Shown: piece by piece, positions 38,975-53,249 of the stretch
How the letters are laid out: each line of letters opens with the position of its first letter
Position numbering within the stretch: the first letter of the stretch is position 1
Assembly: GCF_008831285.2 (NCBI RefSeq)
Contig: NC_045138.2
Location: 22,506,001-22,570,000, forward strand
Direction: 5' to 3'
DNA: 64,000 bases
Source of the DNA: Nymphaea colorata
Taxonomy: Eukaryota
Notes under the pieces: generated by a model
Databases searched by the model: none
What the model saw: only the letters and a program-made list of their open reading frames with translations
What the model was told of the DNA's origin: nothing
Translations under genes and position numbers: made by a program

Positions 38975-39204
38975 TCTTAAGGGACATAGCATAGTTGATT
39001 GGAGATTGAAGCATGAGTCATGTAGACTACGTATCCTCTTTTCAATTTGCCGGGTGCTACTCTTTTAAATCGTCAACGGTGGGGCATGGTCCGTCAAGTT
39101 GAGGGCAGTCCGTTACTTATCCAGACATTCAGGACCCCAGAGACAAGGGAAATGAAGAAGCCTTCAAGCCTCGTCTAGGCAGTAATAACCTCTCGCTCAC
39201 CCAG
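38975..39204 (+). mobile_element. Candidate SINE
   Basis: A-box-like TAGCATAGTTGA; flanked by imperfect direct repeats aataatgttaaaatc / aatgatgttcaaatc. Confidence 0.45.
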
Positions 39205-42019
39205 AATGATGTTCAAATCATTAATAAGAAACATTTTATACCAACAACACATATATTTTTATCCATCAAGTTTATATTTTCTTATAATATCTAATTTCCA
39301 TGGACAAGCGATTTGAATGAGTATTTTGAATTCATCATATCAGAGCCTCTTGTTCTTTTGGAAACTACCGAAACGTACACGGTCTCCATCTCCACTTCAT
39401 TTGTAAAGCTGAATCAAACAGCATTAATACCTCATTTTCAATTTCTGGTGAATAAAGCAGGTTTTAGCTCCTAATTGATTTAGGGAAACAAAGAGTTAAC
39501 CTGAGAATCCCCTGATCATTTTCATTAAACTCTTTTGCGGAATCCCCAATAACGTCAAGACGATCGGTTCTAAATTAAAGTTAGAAGGATCACCCAAATA
39601 GCTAATAAGATTTTTACTTTAAGAGTTGCAATATCTAATGGTTTGCAATCAGTAATTTTAAAATATTTAACAAATTAAACCACGCTTAAATCAAAAAGAG
39701 AAAAAAGATATTTGTTTAAATGATTTCAGAGTTGACACTTTTCTTTTGACACTGAAATGCCTTTTGGCGGTACACATACTGTGGTATAATGAAACTTTTA
39801 GGGGTTGTTTGGCAACAATAACACTTTGTTACTATTTGATGAACCTGCCTCACCTCAAAAAAGTAGGACAGATGCATAAAATGCCAATACAAGTGCTATA
39901 TGAATTTATTTATTTTTTTGGAATAAATTTATAAGATAGTCACAATGTGTTACTGTTGTCCCTCTTAGGGTTTAAGAACAAGTAGACGAAGAAAGTGGGA
40001 ACAAGTTCTGACCACTAAATTTTACTAAAATAGCGCATCTTTGTGTTTCTCTATATATTTGGTTGCTTGAACTAACTATATGTCACACAAAATAAAAAAG
40101 GTTGTGATTGAAGGATGCTTTCAAGAAGATAATTTTTTTAAGATGATCAGGCTTTTAATTCGCTTTTTAAAACTTGATTTGTGTGCACTTTTTAAAACCT
40201 GGTTTGTGTGTGTTTTTTTTAAATTACATGTAAATTTTAAAAAAATTTACTTGTCTTATATAAAAAAAATTTGAAAAATGATATTCTGCCCATGTTAAAA
40301 TTTAAAAACTTTTAATTCACGCTTTGAAAATTTTTGACTCCCCTCACGTTCATTACGGAAACACACTGCAAGTGTTGCTTCAGAGGCAGAATGTCGCTCG
40401 TCTAATGGAAGGCGCAGAGCGCGAAGAATCGTTTCCTTTGGAGAGTTTTTGTTATTTAACAAAAAGGCACATCATTTTTGTAAGATATTCAAAATAGTAC
40501 CATGAAAGTTCGGAATCCAGGTAAATCAAGGTTCACCTGTTGTAACCAGTAAGGACAAAAACCAGACATCTATTTATTAGGTCTTCTTGTACATGTGCCC
40601 CCTAAACAACTTCAGCAAAGGGGAAAATGACTAATAATTATATAACAGAAAACTTTCTTCAATCGAGTTCAAAATAAAAACTAGTGAAGTAAACCTTGAA
40701 TTCTGGGTAGTCCCCTTTCCCATTTTTTGGGAAATTTGTGTCACTTAGAACTTTATAAAAGTTTTCAGAATTAATATTTCATTTATCCAAATGACTTATC
40801 TCGACCCCTGATCCTCTAAGCTTCGATTTCTACCTAAATGGAGCTTCAAAAATAATCTCAAAAAGTTACGGTCTACCACATTTTTTTTTTAATCATAGGA
40901 GGATTAGTCCTACTGCTTGTGCGAGAGGCGCGAAGTTCCCTACCTTCCATTTTCTCTTAGACTTTAGAGTTGAGTCGGTATCAGGTGGCGAAATCTCTAT
41001 GGGCTTAAACCATTGTCACATATATCATGTACGGGTATTATACAGTGAGAAATTTTTTAGGTATAATACTACCAAGTTATATATCTCAAGAATATCTCGA
41101 CAAATTTTTAAAAAATTTAAAACATTTAATAAATCTTGAAATTATAAAAAATTAAAAAAATAGGAAAAAATGCATATAATACACATTTTTTATTTTTCAG
41201 CATTTTAAAAAAAAACATGTTTTTTTTAACTTTTATACAGCTGACTTATTTTTCACGTATTACATTCTTTTTGAAAATCTGATGCACTATTTGAAAATTG
41301 TTTTTCAGTCTTTTTTTTTTATTTTATATTTACTTTTTCTTGGCTTCGTTGGCCTTTGCACAAAATGTAGTCAGAGCCACAAACCATTTGAGGTTGTGCT
41401 GTAGAAAAGTCATTCATGTATAGAAAAGTCATTCATGTATACGCATGTGGACAGACACATTGCTTTCAGTTGCTGATTTTTGGATCTGTCTTTTCCGTTC
41501 TAAAGTTGTATGGAGAATCAACAATCTTGTAATTAAGTCGGACGCGGTTTTTTTCCTTTTTTTCTTTTCTTTTTTTCTTTTTCTTCAATCCCTACAAACA
41601 TGAGAATTGAAAATTTCACGGACGGCTTTAGGGCTCAGACAAAATTGTTTAATAAATCTCTCTCCTAATTTTGTGATGTCATATTGTACTGATCCTTGAA
41701 TGTTCCTTTTCTGAGGAGGAAAAAACAAATCCAGACAAGGAAAGGACGCATGGAACGGGCTCCGGAAAGCCATCCTGCTAGGGATATGCCTCCGACTTTT
41801 ATTAGTCACGACAAAGAACGGACGGAGGAACGGGCTTCCACAATCGTTCCAGTTACAGGAAAGGTAAATCCCTTGCCTTAGATGTCCACAGTTCACAACC
41901 GTCCCTACCCTCTGTTCAACTACAGTTGCTAAACTTGTCGGCAACTCGGCCGGGTGTGCCTAAATCCAAAAATAGAGGCGGCTTTCATTTAAGGGGTTTG
42001 AGGTTTGAATCCTATAATT

Positions 42020-42308
42020 ATTATCATGCTTTGGTGTGTTGTTCTTCTAGACTGCAAATGGAGACAAACATGACTATCAAGTTCAGAAAAAATGACTGGA
42101 AGGGCACGCGTTCAAAAATACTCATATATGATGGGCAACTGTCATGCATTGGTGTGTTGTTCTTCTAGACTGCAACTGGCGGCAAACATGACTATCAAGT
42201 TGAAAGCAGTGGCAAAGTCAGAAAAATTGGTCGAAAGGGCACTCGTTTAAAAATACTCATATCTGGTGGGCAACTGCCCACACAAGTCACCATGTAGCCC
42301 CACCACTG
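42020..42308. repeat. ~120-bp tandem duplication involving a CAGTGGC...CCACTG MITE (related copy at ~3095-3245)
   Basis: tggtgtgttgttcttctagactgcaa...atgactatcaagtt and ...aagggcac.cgtt.aaaaatactcatat.tg.tgggcaactg each occur twice. Confidence 0.7.
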
Positions 42309-43887
42309 GTTGAAAGATGTATTATAAGTCTACTAAGGCTTTTTCTGCGCTTAGGGAGTATTTGATGATTTGGAATTTTGATTCAAAGATGGAAATTCTA
42401 GAATTTCAACCCCTCCTCAAACTGAAATCAAATCAAAATTTCAGGTTTCCGTTTCTTAATTCTGGAAACAAAGTACCTCATTTGTTTTAATAATTCTAAT
42501 TCTTAAAAATTGAACATTTTGAAATTTCATGATTTTAGGTATACCAAACCCCCTGTAAACATTAAAAAAGAAAAACTTTGTCAGTTTATTTGTTATATCA
42601 TAAGAGGGAAGGCATGAAAGCCACTCCTTTCATCGTTTCTTAGCGTTATTTTAGCTAGGTATTGGTGCCCCTTAATTTATAATCTTCGAATTTATATATT
42701 GTTTTCTAATCATTTTATTAGGCATTTGAAGGGTAAATGATTTTTTATTAGTACCCGTCAGTCAAAAATTTATGGTTCCACCACTAGGTGGCGAAAACAA
42801 TGTGAAATTTAAAAAAATGGATTTGGAAAATAGCTAATGAGGTGGGGAAGTTTGGAAGAAGTCTCTTATAGAAATAATGCTTTAAGAACTAAAAAGAATC
42901 AACTTCGAATCCACGTATGGTTTTGTACCTACCATCATCTGCAAAGGCATATGAATAATGTATGCCTGATCTCTTTAACAATGTTTAAACCGTAAATCAC
43001 AGTAAACGCCTCTTTTTTTTTTTTGACGAATTTTATCTAATCTTTCCATGTTATTTTTTCTCATCCTTTGTTTTGCTTTTTAATCCAAAACCTTCTGAAT
43101 CATGCAACAACTGTCCAACAAATTTTCTCGTCATTTTACGTAATGCTCTTAATCCTGCATCTTCTGCTGTCTCAGGAAAAAGAACGGTACGTTGACATGC
43201 AGCATACTAGTCCGGAATACAAAATATCTCATTTTTAACCTAAATGAAATAATGTTTCTTCGTTGTTTAAAAACTTTGAACACCACAGTCTACTAGCTTC
43301 TTTTTGTAAAAAACAAATAAATAAATAAGTTGGGGTTTGGACTTCAAGACTTTTAAGTTTCCACCGCGGTTTCATTAAGGGTTGAGGTTGTGGTTCTCCT
43401 CTAGTTTTAAGAGCGGGTGAGGCTGATGTGCTATTGGAGAATTTGCTTCCAAATTGTTATATGGAAACTATGGATGGTCAGGAACCCCAGGTTGCACGGT
43501 GATGATCATTTGGGCGACTTGTGATGGGTAAAACAGGACACAAATGATTGTAAGTAGATGGACGCTTGGCTTGTGCCGGGTTATAGTGTGGGCGAGTGGC
43601 CGGTAATCCAGGATAAAGACCTAAGTTTTCAGCTGGTAACATCTCCAGATTATGTAAATGTTTTATGAATCTATTCGAAACATTGAGATAGTTTCATGAA
43701 CCACTTGAACAAGTGTTACACGAATCTGCCCGAATATTTAAAGCATAATTATGGAACATTCGTACAATGTTATCTAGGAGAGAGTTCTGTACGCCACCCC
43801 ATACATGTAACGAGCGTACGCAAGATGTAGACTTTACTATCAATATGTACATTTATTGTCACGTCCAAACATTGTATATGCATGTGC

Positions 43888-44218
43888 ATAAGATAACAAA
43901 TAGGCATAGAACAACAAATAAGTGTGAGATAATGTTTATGAGATAACAAAAGATTTATGAGATAACAAACGGACGGATGTATAAGATAACGCCAAATATA
44001 AGTATGAGATCATGTTTATTAGATAACAAAAGATTTATGAGACAATGAAATAATGGACGGATGTATGAGATAATGCTAACATAAATATGAAATAATGTTT
44101 ATGAGATAATAAAATATTATGAGATAATGGATGGATGGATGTATGAGATAACCCAAAAAATAAATATGAGATAATATTTACGAAATAATAAATATTTATG
44201 AGATGATGAGATAATGCT
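43888..44218. repeat. Higher-order minisatellite of (T)ATGAGATAA subunits, ~82-bp period
   Basis: 12 exact AGATAA plus several variants; anchor gga(c/t)ggatgtat at ~43971, 44055 and 44135. Confidence 0.85.
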
Positions 44219-45377
44219 AAAAGAGAGACAAAAAAACAAAAACACCTTTTTATTAAGGGATATGTTGATTATAAAGATATACATATATGGACTGACAAAT
44301 TTTTACCTTTATCGAATCCTCAAATCTTCTTTTTACGATTTTTGTTTTATCCCTACAAAAAGTTTCTTTTTTTTTGTATTAATCACTGGCCCTTTTGTCA
44401 TAGTTAAAATGGTACATGAAATTACATATACGGAGGCGAAGTATATAACCAGCTTTGGTTTTCCACGACCTTGCACAGTTTTTTTTTTTTGGCAGGTGGG
44501 AGAATAATGATTACTTTGAGTTTGGTGTACGGAGGGCTCATCAAAGGGAGGATATGTTGAAGGTTCTCTTGTTTAAATAAATTTTGCAACGGTTTGTAGA
44601 TAATACTACCATGAACATCTTCCTTGTGTCTAATAGTAAGGGGTGGCTTGGAAGACTCAAAGATATGCTTGAAGATGGAGTAGACAGTTATCCCAATCTC
44701 TTTAACTTCAAGGTATTTGACGCGGATTTTCAATCAGCCCTAATCTCAACATTGTTGCTATAAATGCATAGCAATTTTTTGGTTATTGATTTTAATGAAA
44801 ATGATGGAGGCTTAACCTCCAACAGGGTTTGATTCGGAAGGAAATTGTCTCACCTCAGGGAACTGAAATTTTCATTAGATTAAATAATTATACATGTTGA
44901 GTTTATTTTATATATGAGAGGACTAGCTTTCACTATTTAAATTATTTAAGAATGAGATCAATAAGCATTTATGAACTCGTGAATGAACCAAATATTTAAA
45001 ATAATTTAAAAATAAAGTCAATATGATCTTTTGCTTTTCCCCTATTTATCTTTAGAAAGACCAAAAAAAGGAATGTCTGTTAGTTCAGTTAACAGTGGAT
45101 AAACTTGAGGACCTATTTCATTATTTATGATGAAAAGAGTAGAACAGATTTGATAAAATAATGAAAAGGACAGAACCATTTTTGACATACGTCCATAAGA
45201 CAAGGAGTATTAAAAAAAAAAAAAAACTAATCTTGATTTTTCATTTTTAGATTTTAAGATAAGAAATTCATGAACAAACTAAGATAATTTTGTTGCTTCC
45301 TCTTGCATCTAGAAATTTGACAAAAAGATAGATAATTTCCCCTCTTAAAATTTTATCACCATGTTGATCTCTCAAAT

Positions 45378-45534
45378 GATGGGTAGTGCAACCGGTCGGG
45401 TTGGGTGGTGCATTGTAGCTACATGTTCAGTTCAAATTTTAGAGGTAATATTCTTATGGTATTGAGGAGTGTTGATCTTAGGATTAGAGGTGCCATTATG
45501 AGGCTAAGTAGAATGGTTCTTGTCACCACCTTCT

Positions 45535-45584
<50 letters not shown>

Positions 45585-46063
45585 ACACGCACACACACAC
45601 ACATGGGTAGTACAACCAGTCAGGTTGGGTGTTGTGTGATAGGCATATCCCCTGTTTGATTCTGAGAGTGGAGTGCTATCTTGATGGTGTTGAGAGATAT
45701 TGGTATAGGGTTGAAAATGTTTAATGTGGTTTAAAGGACGACCATGTTGCATTCCTCCTTCTCTCTTATGCAATCATCGGGTTGGGTGGCGTGTTGTAGC
45801 CACATCCTTAGATTCATAGATGGTGCTATCTTGATGGTATTGAAGAGTAGTATTGATTTTGAGATGAGAGATGCCATTATGAAGCCAATTGGACTGGTTC
45901 TTGTCCACCCCACCCCTCCCTCTTTTCCCTTCTCCTCTAACCAAGAGATGGGTAGTGCAACCGGTCCGGTGGTGTGTTATAGCCATCTTTTCAGTTTGAT
46001 TCCTAGAGGGTGTTATCCTGATGGTATTGAGAAATAGTGTTGATCTTGAGATTAGGGTTGCCA
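45378..46063 (+). mobile_element. Head-to-tail array of four diverged tRNA-derived SINE copies; a further copy at ~51210-51385
   Basis: Units start at ~45378, 45603, 45768 and 45947. Head GGGTAGTGCAACCGG (A-box-like), AGTT(C/T)(A/G)A(A/T)T(C/T) B-box-like motif, shared body gctatcttgatggtattga, CT-rich tails. Confidence 0.65.
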
Positions 46064-46069
46064 TGATAA

Positions 46070-49000
46070 CCATATTTTCAGTTCTACAAGTATAGTCTTT
46101 TAGGACAGGTTGCAGAAAAGGACATACGATTGGTGAAGGGAGAGAGGAACACAACTTGTATGTGATCCACCAAGGAAAGGAGAATGTTGCATTAATGTTT
46201 TCAAATTCCATTTTTGACCAACACTTGTGGCATTGTAGATTAGGCCACCCATTTAGTATAATTTTCACTATTTTATTTCCTAATGTTTCATAGACACTCA
46301 TATTTGTGAGATTTGCCAATATGCCATGATGGCTCGTCCTCCGTTTGGCTTGTCTGAAACTATTGCGAATAAACCTTTCAAACATCTGCATGTGATGTTT
46401 GGGGCCCAGTCCCGGAGTCTCTTCTAATGGTTTCAAGTAGTATTTGTTGTTTATTGATGATTATTCTAGGACTACATGACTATATTTACTAAACTCCAAA
46501 GATCAGGTTTTTGAAAAGTTTACTATTTTTTACAACATGATCATAAATCAATTTAATACTCGGATCAAAACTTTGAGAGCTGACAATGGGAGAAAGTTCA
46601 AAAACAAGTTTTTTGAGGATTTTAAAAATAAATGTGACATGATGCATCAATTTTCTTGTGTAAAACTCGTCGGCAAAACAGAATTGCTGAAAGGAAAAAT
46701 CGCCATATACTTGAAATTGCTAGACCGTTACTTTTCCAATCTAATGTTCCCTAATATTTTTGGAGTGAAGCTATTATGACTTCAGGTTATTTGATAAATC
46801 AAACTCCAAGTTGCAGGTTAAGAGCAAAATCACATCTTCATAAGTTAATAGGATGTGAAGTTAGCATCAAACACTTGAAGCTTTTAGGTTGCATTGTTAT
46901 GTGCTAATTGACAAAACTGAACATGACAAGATGAGCCCTAAGGCCCGAAAATGCATCTTTGTCGGCCACTCGGTGAACAAAAAAGATTATAAGTGCTACA
47001 ACATCGATCAAAAGTGTACGTACATCTCAAGAGATGTCAAATTTGATGAATTTGTTCCATTTTTTCGGAACAACCATGCCAAGGAAGATCGACAAGGGGA
47101 GCCTATGTTTTCAAATATTAGTGCTGATGATGATATTATCGAAATCACTACTAGCCATTATGATGCACCAAGAGAAATCCTTGACTAAACCTCCATTGAA
47201 AGCAACAACTCCATTGAACCTGAGAGTGAGACTACTGAGAATCTTGAGCTTAGAAGATCCCAAAGAGACCGACAACCACCGAGCCACTTGAGAGACTATG
47301 TCACATATAAAGCCGTGACATATCCTAATGAAAAACAAGTTACCTTCAAGAATTTTTCCAAGACCCATGCTGCCTTCCTTACCACGTAAAGATAGAATCT
47401 GAACCTAGTACCTATGAAGAAGCCAAAAGCAAACTTGTTTGGATCAAGGCTATGCAAAGAAGGCTTGATACTTACATAAACACAAGATTTGGGAATTAAT
47501 TTCTCTTCCAAAAGAAAAATGAGCAGTGGGCTGTAAATGGATTTACAAAACCAAATTTAATAGTGATGAGATGGTGGAAAGATATAAGGCCAAGTTGATC
47601 GCTAAAGGGTACACGTAGACACATGGTCTAAATTATGACAAAACATTCACCCATGTTGAAAAAACGAACACTCTTTATATCTTACTTTCTATAGCCTGCA
47701 ACTATTATTGGCCTCTATCACAATTAGATGTGAACACTGCTTTTTTTTGTAAGGAGAGTTAGAAGAAGTTTACATAAAACTCCATCTGGGTCATTCTCTT
47801 GAAGATTCTTCTCTCATGTGAAAACTTTGAAAATCAAAATATGGATTGAAGCAATCTCCTAGAGCATTGCACTTCAAGTTGAATAAAGATCTTGAACAAT
47901 ACAATTTTACAAGAACTAAAGCCGACAGCTCATTGTTTAACGACAGAAACAACCACGATATTATTCTCATGGTATTGATCTATGAAGATGATATTATTTT
48001 GATGGGGAACTATAGTCTCAAAATCAAAGAAACCAATGAGCTTCTTGATAGGATGTTTGACATCAAGGACTTGGGTAAACTAAAATATTTTTGGGCATAG
48101 AAATTGTTCAAACCAAGAAAGTCTTATTCATGTCGCAAAGGAAATATGTCACTGATCTATTGAAGGAGACAGGAAAACTTGAGTGTTGACAAGTTGATAC
48201 TCTTATGACAATTGGGGTAAAAGAAAATGCCATTGAATGCAAGTTGTTTTGGACATCTCAATATATCAATGAATAGTAGGGTGACTCATTTATCTTATAT
48301 TCATGAGGCCAGTCATAATATGTTGTAAACCTAGTCAGTCAACATATTCATAATCCGAATGAAGAACATTGAAAGATGATAGAAAGAATTCTAAAATGCT
48401 TGAAAAAAACTCCAGGTCAAGGCTTGTGGTATAAACGGGATGGACACGTAAATGTCAAGGGATACTCAAATGCAGATTGGGCTGGAAGTATTGACAATAA
48501 ATCTACTACATGCTATTGCATATATGTTGGTAATAACCTTGTATACTCGGACAGTAAGAAACAGAAAGTTATGTCTCACTCCAAAACAAAGGCATAATGT
48601 AGGCTTATGGTCACTACAACTTGTGAAATGACATAGATTAGAACTATGTTGACAAAAATTGGAGTTGAAGTCAGCTCTCCTACTCCAAAGTATTGCAACA
48701 ATCAAGCTGCCATATGCATTGCCGCAAATGTAGTTTTTCATGAAAGGACAAAACATATTGACTGTTATTTATGACAGAAAAAGTTCAGCATGGAGAAATC
48801 TGTACTCCATATGCTCAGAGTTCAAATCAACTTTCTAACAGACTAACTAAAGCTATATCAAGGAAAGGAATTTGTAAAGTTCTTAGCAAGTGGAGCAGCT
48901 ACCATGTCTACGCTTCACTTGAGGCGGAGTGAAGAGAAGCTTGCCAGATTCATGCAGCATGTCAATATTTTCCTTCCATTAGTAAAATTATCGAGTTACC

Positions 49001-49232
49001 TTTTTTTCCTTGTTAACATTGAGGACTTGCCATTGCCATCATCTAAACCTTTTTCTCAACATGCTATATTTGCTTTGTAACAAATTGAAATAAGTAAAGA
49101 AAGAAATCCACGAACTCTGTGTGAAATTGTTCTGTGGATGTAGGATCTAAGATTTGAACCATGTAAAACATGTTTTTCCCTCTCTTGCTCGTAAAACTCT
49201 TCACTTCCATGTCCAATCAATTGATTTCCTAC
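46070..49232 (+). mobile_element. 5'-truncated degenerate Ty1/copia (integrase, RT, RNase H, 3' LTR)
   Basis: LWHCRLGHP, LFIDDYSR, K..PKARKCIFVG, KQSPRA, YEDD, DLGKLKYF, GYSNADWAGS, FHERTKHI. PPT TTGAGGCGGAG at 48919-48929, then TG; LTR end approximate. Confidence 0.9.
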
Positions 49233-49239
49233 AGGCCAC

Positions 49240-50400
49240 ATGATGAGAGCTACTAGAAACAATGCTCTCGGGTCAAGTGGTTGAGGTTGGGTAATGACAA
49301 TACTAGTTTCTTCCATCATATATGGCATCGCAAAATTATATGACTAGTACTTTTTGCACATTAGTAGTTGATGGTATTGCTTATCATGGAGACTATATTC
49401 TTCATACTGTCATATTCTATTTCTAGAAGCTATATGTTGCTCAGATATGTTGAGTTTGGTTTCTATTGGGCTCATGATTTCGTGATTTCATCATGACAGT
49501 TGCTAATCTCCTTCTAATGTCCTTCCATCTAGAGGAAATATGTGCTGCTATTCAGGATCTTAGTGGTTGGAAAACACTCGGAGCTGATGGAATCTAACCA
49601 CATGAGTTGAGAGCATTACATGATCGTTTTTATATTGATTTTCTTTTGGTCTTCGAGGAGTTTTATCTTAACACCCACCTCATGCCTTCTTGTGTGCACC
49701 ATTCAGTCATTGTCTGGGCCCCCAAGAAAGCAAGAGCAACTAACACCTCTGCTTTTTGGCCCATATCCTTGTTGGTCTTATCAGGAGACTCGCTGCAAAG
49801 TTCTATCATCTAGATTAAAAAGTGTCGTGTCTATCTTGGTCGCAGATGCCTAACATGCTTTCATTCCAAAATGGTTTCTCCTTGATGAGTATATAATTAC
49901 TTCAAAGATTAGTCATTCCATGTCTACTAGTCAAAAGACCACCTTCGTGTTAAAAGTATAGTCACAGAAAATGCGTTTTTTTTTTAAAAAAATACGAAAA
50001 AAATGCAATAAGTTCAATGGCCTTTTAAAACTTAAAAAAAACTTTTAAAAAAAACGTTTAAAACAAAAAAATGTGTTTTTAACGCTTTTTTTTCACTTTT
50101 TTCATTTTTTAGTTTTTTTAATGCCAAACGGTTTTTTTATTTTCTATTTTTTATTTGTTGCAAATCTACTTATCTTTTGATATTGTGTTATTACTTTCTC
50201 ACTTATTTTATTTTCCCCTCATTTATAGTTTTTTAAAATTTATCGTATTTTTTTCATTTTTTTCAAGCTTGTCGTATTATAACAAAGAAAAACATCGCCA
50301 TTTAAAGCTCCAAGATGTTATTTGTGATTATAGTTAAAACTATACCCCATAAAGCTTGGATACACTTTCATGCTGCATTAAAACTTTTCAGTGTCCACGA
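49240..50400 (+). mobile_element. L1-type LINE RT remnant
   Basis: SRVKWLRLGNDNTSFFH, EEICAAI..L..WKTLGADGI, PKKA......FWPISL, KVLSSRLK, AFIP; continues after the MITE at 49957. Confidence 0.8.
49957..50332. mobile_element. hAT-type MITE with 8-bp TSD
   Basis: TIR TATAGTCACA / TGTGATTATA; TSD gttaaaag (49949-49956) / gttaaaac (50333-50340). Confidence 0.75.
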
Positions 50401-53249
50401 CAATATTCACAGAGCAACATGCAGTATGTTTTGTTAGACATCTATATATATATATATATATATATATTGTCATGCATTACAGGCTATTTGTGTAGATAAA
50501 CCCAATTTAAGGTGATCCAGTAAGTCTAGTTCTGTATAATCTCATTTAGTATGGATTTTATGTGTAAAAACCAAACAGGATTCATATCCAGATTGTGATG
50601 AGCAAAACCATCATTTAGGTCTCATAAGTCTATAAATAGGGTTGTGGTCCTCAAGGCACCAAAGGTAAGAAAAATTTCATTTTGTGATCTCCTTTATCCC
50701 ATTCTATAAGATTCTCTGTTACATCCTTGCAGCCTCTGAAGATCCACTGGTCCCTCTCTCTCATGACAATTTTCTCTTCTGTTTCTTGGCTATTAATTGA
50801 TATGTTGCAATTTTGGGCATCCATCTTTTTACGCTGTTAGGTTTAATAAAGATCTTTTCAGCTCTCTCTCTCTCTCTCATTAGTTGATGCCAAAATATTC
50901 AAACGTATAATAAAGACGATGAGAAAGGTGGAGAAAGATGGAAAGATGTGGGGAAGGTCAGAAGGTCGGAGAGCCAAAAGTCACGACCACCGCAATGCGT
51001 TCCAATTTGGTAACTGCAGGTGGCAGCAGCCTTCATCTTCTCCTCTCCCTAATATGCCGACGAGGTGTCGCCTTCTTCCTTTCTCTCACGAAAGGTCTGC
51101 TCTGCTTTATGTTATTACTCGTGGCTGTCGTTGACTCTCTCTTTCGATTTCTATTCTATCTCTATCAGTCCACAACTAATGTGGTCCTGTTCTCTCCCTC
51201 CCTCCGATCATTAGTGCAACTGGGTGAGTTGGGTGGTGAGTTGGCTTATTATAGTTAGGTCTTTGGTTCAATTTTTGAATGGTGCAATTTTGATGATATC
51301 GAAGAATATTGAGTTTGAGATCATGAGGGTAAGTAACCGGTTCTTGTCCATCTTTCTTCCCTCATCTCTTCTTTCTCTCCCTGAGGTAACAATTAGGAAG
51401 AGGGTATAAAGGGTGTTTGAGTTAAAAATATCCGGTCAGGTCCTCACTCCACGACTGAAAGCTTTTCTTCAAGTTTGCTTTCATGGGTGACGGTTTTGGT
51501 GTAAGGAACTATATCAGCGTACGACACATCGGTCGACATTCATGCATTAGTCGGTATGGCCATATTTTAAACTCAAAAAAATAAATTAAAATATTTAAGA
51601 ATGAGCCTCTGTATTTTATCAATAGTGAGTAGGATTGTACAATAAGTCGAGCTAACTTGAGCTCAATCCGAACTCATTCAGTTAAGTTTGACTTGTTTGT
51701 GAACGAGTTGGGCTCGAGCTTAACTGAAAACTCGAGTTTATAAACAAGTGGAATTTGAGATACATGAACTCAACTCGATTAAACTCGAGTAAGCTCAATA
51801 AATCTTTTTTTTTTGTAATTTTCAAACTTAAAACCAAGATCAAGTCAAACGAAGAGTTTGGTAATCAAGCTGTTTGAACTAGTTGAACTTGAAGTCGGAT
51901 CCCATCTATCGAGTCTAACTAGAGCTGATCTTGTACAACTCAACTTACGCTTGATTTGGGTTCGATATGAGTTGAGTCAAGTCGAGCTGACCGAGCTTAA
52001 AATTAACTCAGGTTGTGTACAGCCCTACTTATAGAGTTTACTTGCTCAATTACGTTGTTGTACATATATACTTACTCGACTCAGCAAGACAACGTAACAC
52101 GCCTCTGATTTTTTCTACGTGAAAGCGACCAGAATAATAACGCAATGATCTGTTCAGGTGCAGTGAGAGAGCCAATTAAGGCTAAACAAACGCGTGACGA
52201 AAGGCGCTACGTTACCAATCAAGGAAGAAAAGTTTGTACAAGAGGTCTCGGTGACATATTTCACCTCAAAAATCATATGAGAAACTATTCAGAATTAATT
52301 GGCTTCTTAATTAAAAATGAGTTCCCACAGTGGCGGAGCCATAGATAACCACTAGTTTAAACTTGTTTGCCAATTTTGGTTGCTATGTCATTTCAACGCA
52401 GTACTGATACAAGTTAATCAACACATAATTTGCAACATATATCAGTTAATCATGAATCAGTATTATTTGATATAGTTAAAAATTCTAATACAAGTTAATC
52501 AACACATAATCTGTTTATACTAAGGGCATAAAGCCATTTCTTATTAAAACAACCTATTGACCGAAGGGTATTTCAATATATATATATATATATATACACA
52601 CGAGCGCCACCAGACTACCACTGGTAATGAGCATTACTATTAACTCTGGTTTAACTTTACTGTACCATTATCGTTCTTTGAGGTAAAATAAACGTTTTCA
52701 TTGTAAAAAAACGATATAGATAGGAAAAGGAGAAGAGCTTTCCATGTGTTCAACGTGATGGCTACCGGATATCAGCTAATGATCCACATTTTGGCAGTTT
52801 CCAAGAAATCAACAATAAATTTCAGCGACGTGAGGCCACATTCCCAGGGATTTTAGAGGCAAACAGCTAGCGTTCCAATTATTTGTAAGTCAACATCATT
52901 ACTTTATTGTTTTAATAAATATGGTTGCGGATATTCAAATATCCCACCAAGCTTAATATTATAATGTAGCATGCAACATTAATCAATTTCAATGGCATCT
53001 GATTTAGTTTTCTGAATTCCAGTGAAACCCTGCTGGAAATTCAGCCCTCTACCGTTTTATTGCCTGAAATGTGCGATTATATGCAACATTTATACCCATG
53101 TGCGGACACGCCACTTAGGTGACATATTCAATGTAAAGAAGGGTTTTATTTGCAGTGCCTGAAGCCCTATATTTTATGGGGTTGTTTGGCATCAAAGGCT
53201 TCTAGAGTGTCTGGTCTTTTGGTCTAACATATGTCGGCCCATTTGCCAT

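Noticed and set aside
43888..44218. CRISPR-like repeat/spacer pattern
   Set aside because: The repeat is only ~9 bp, the spacers themselves recur, the context is eukaryotic, and there are no cas genes.
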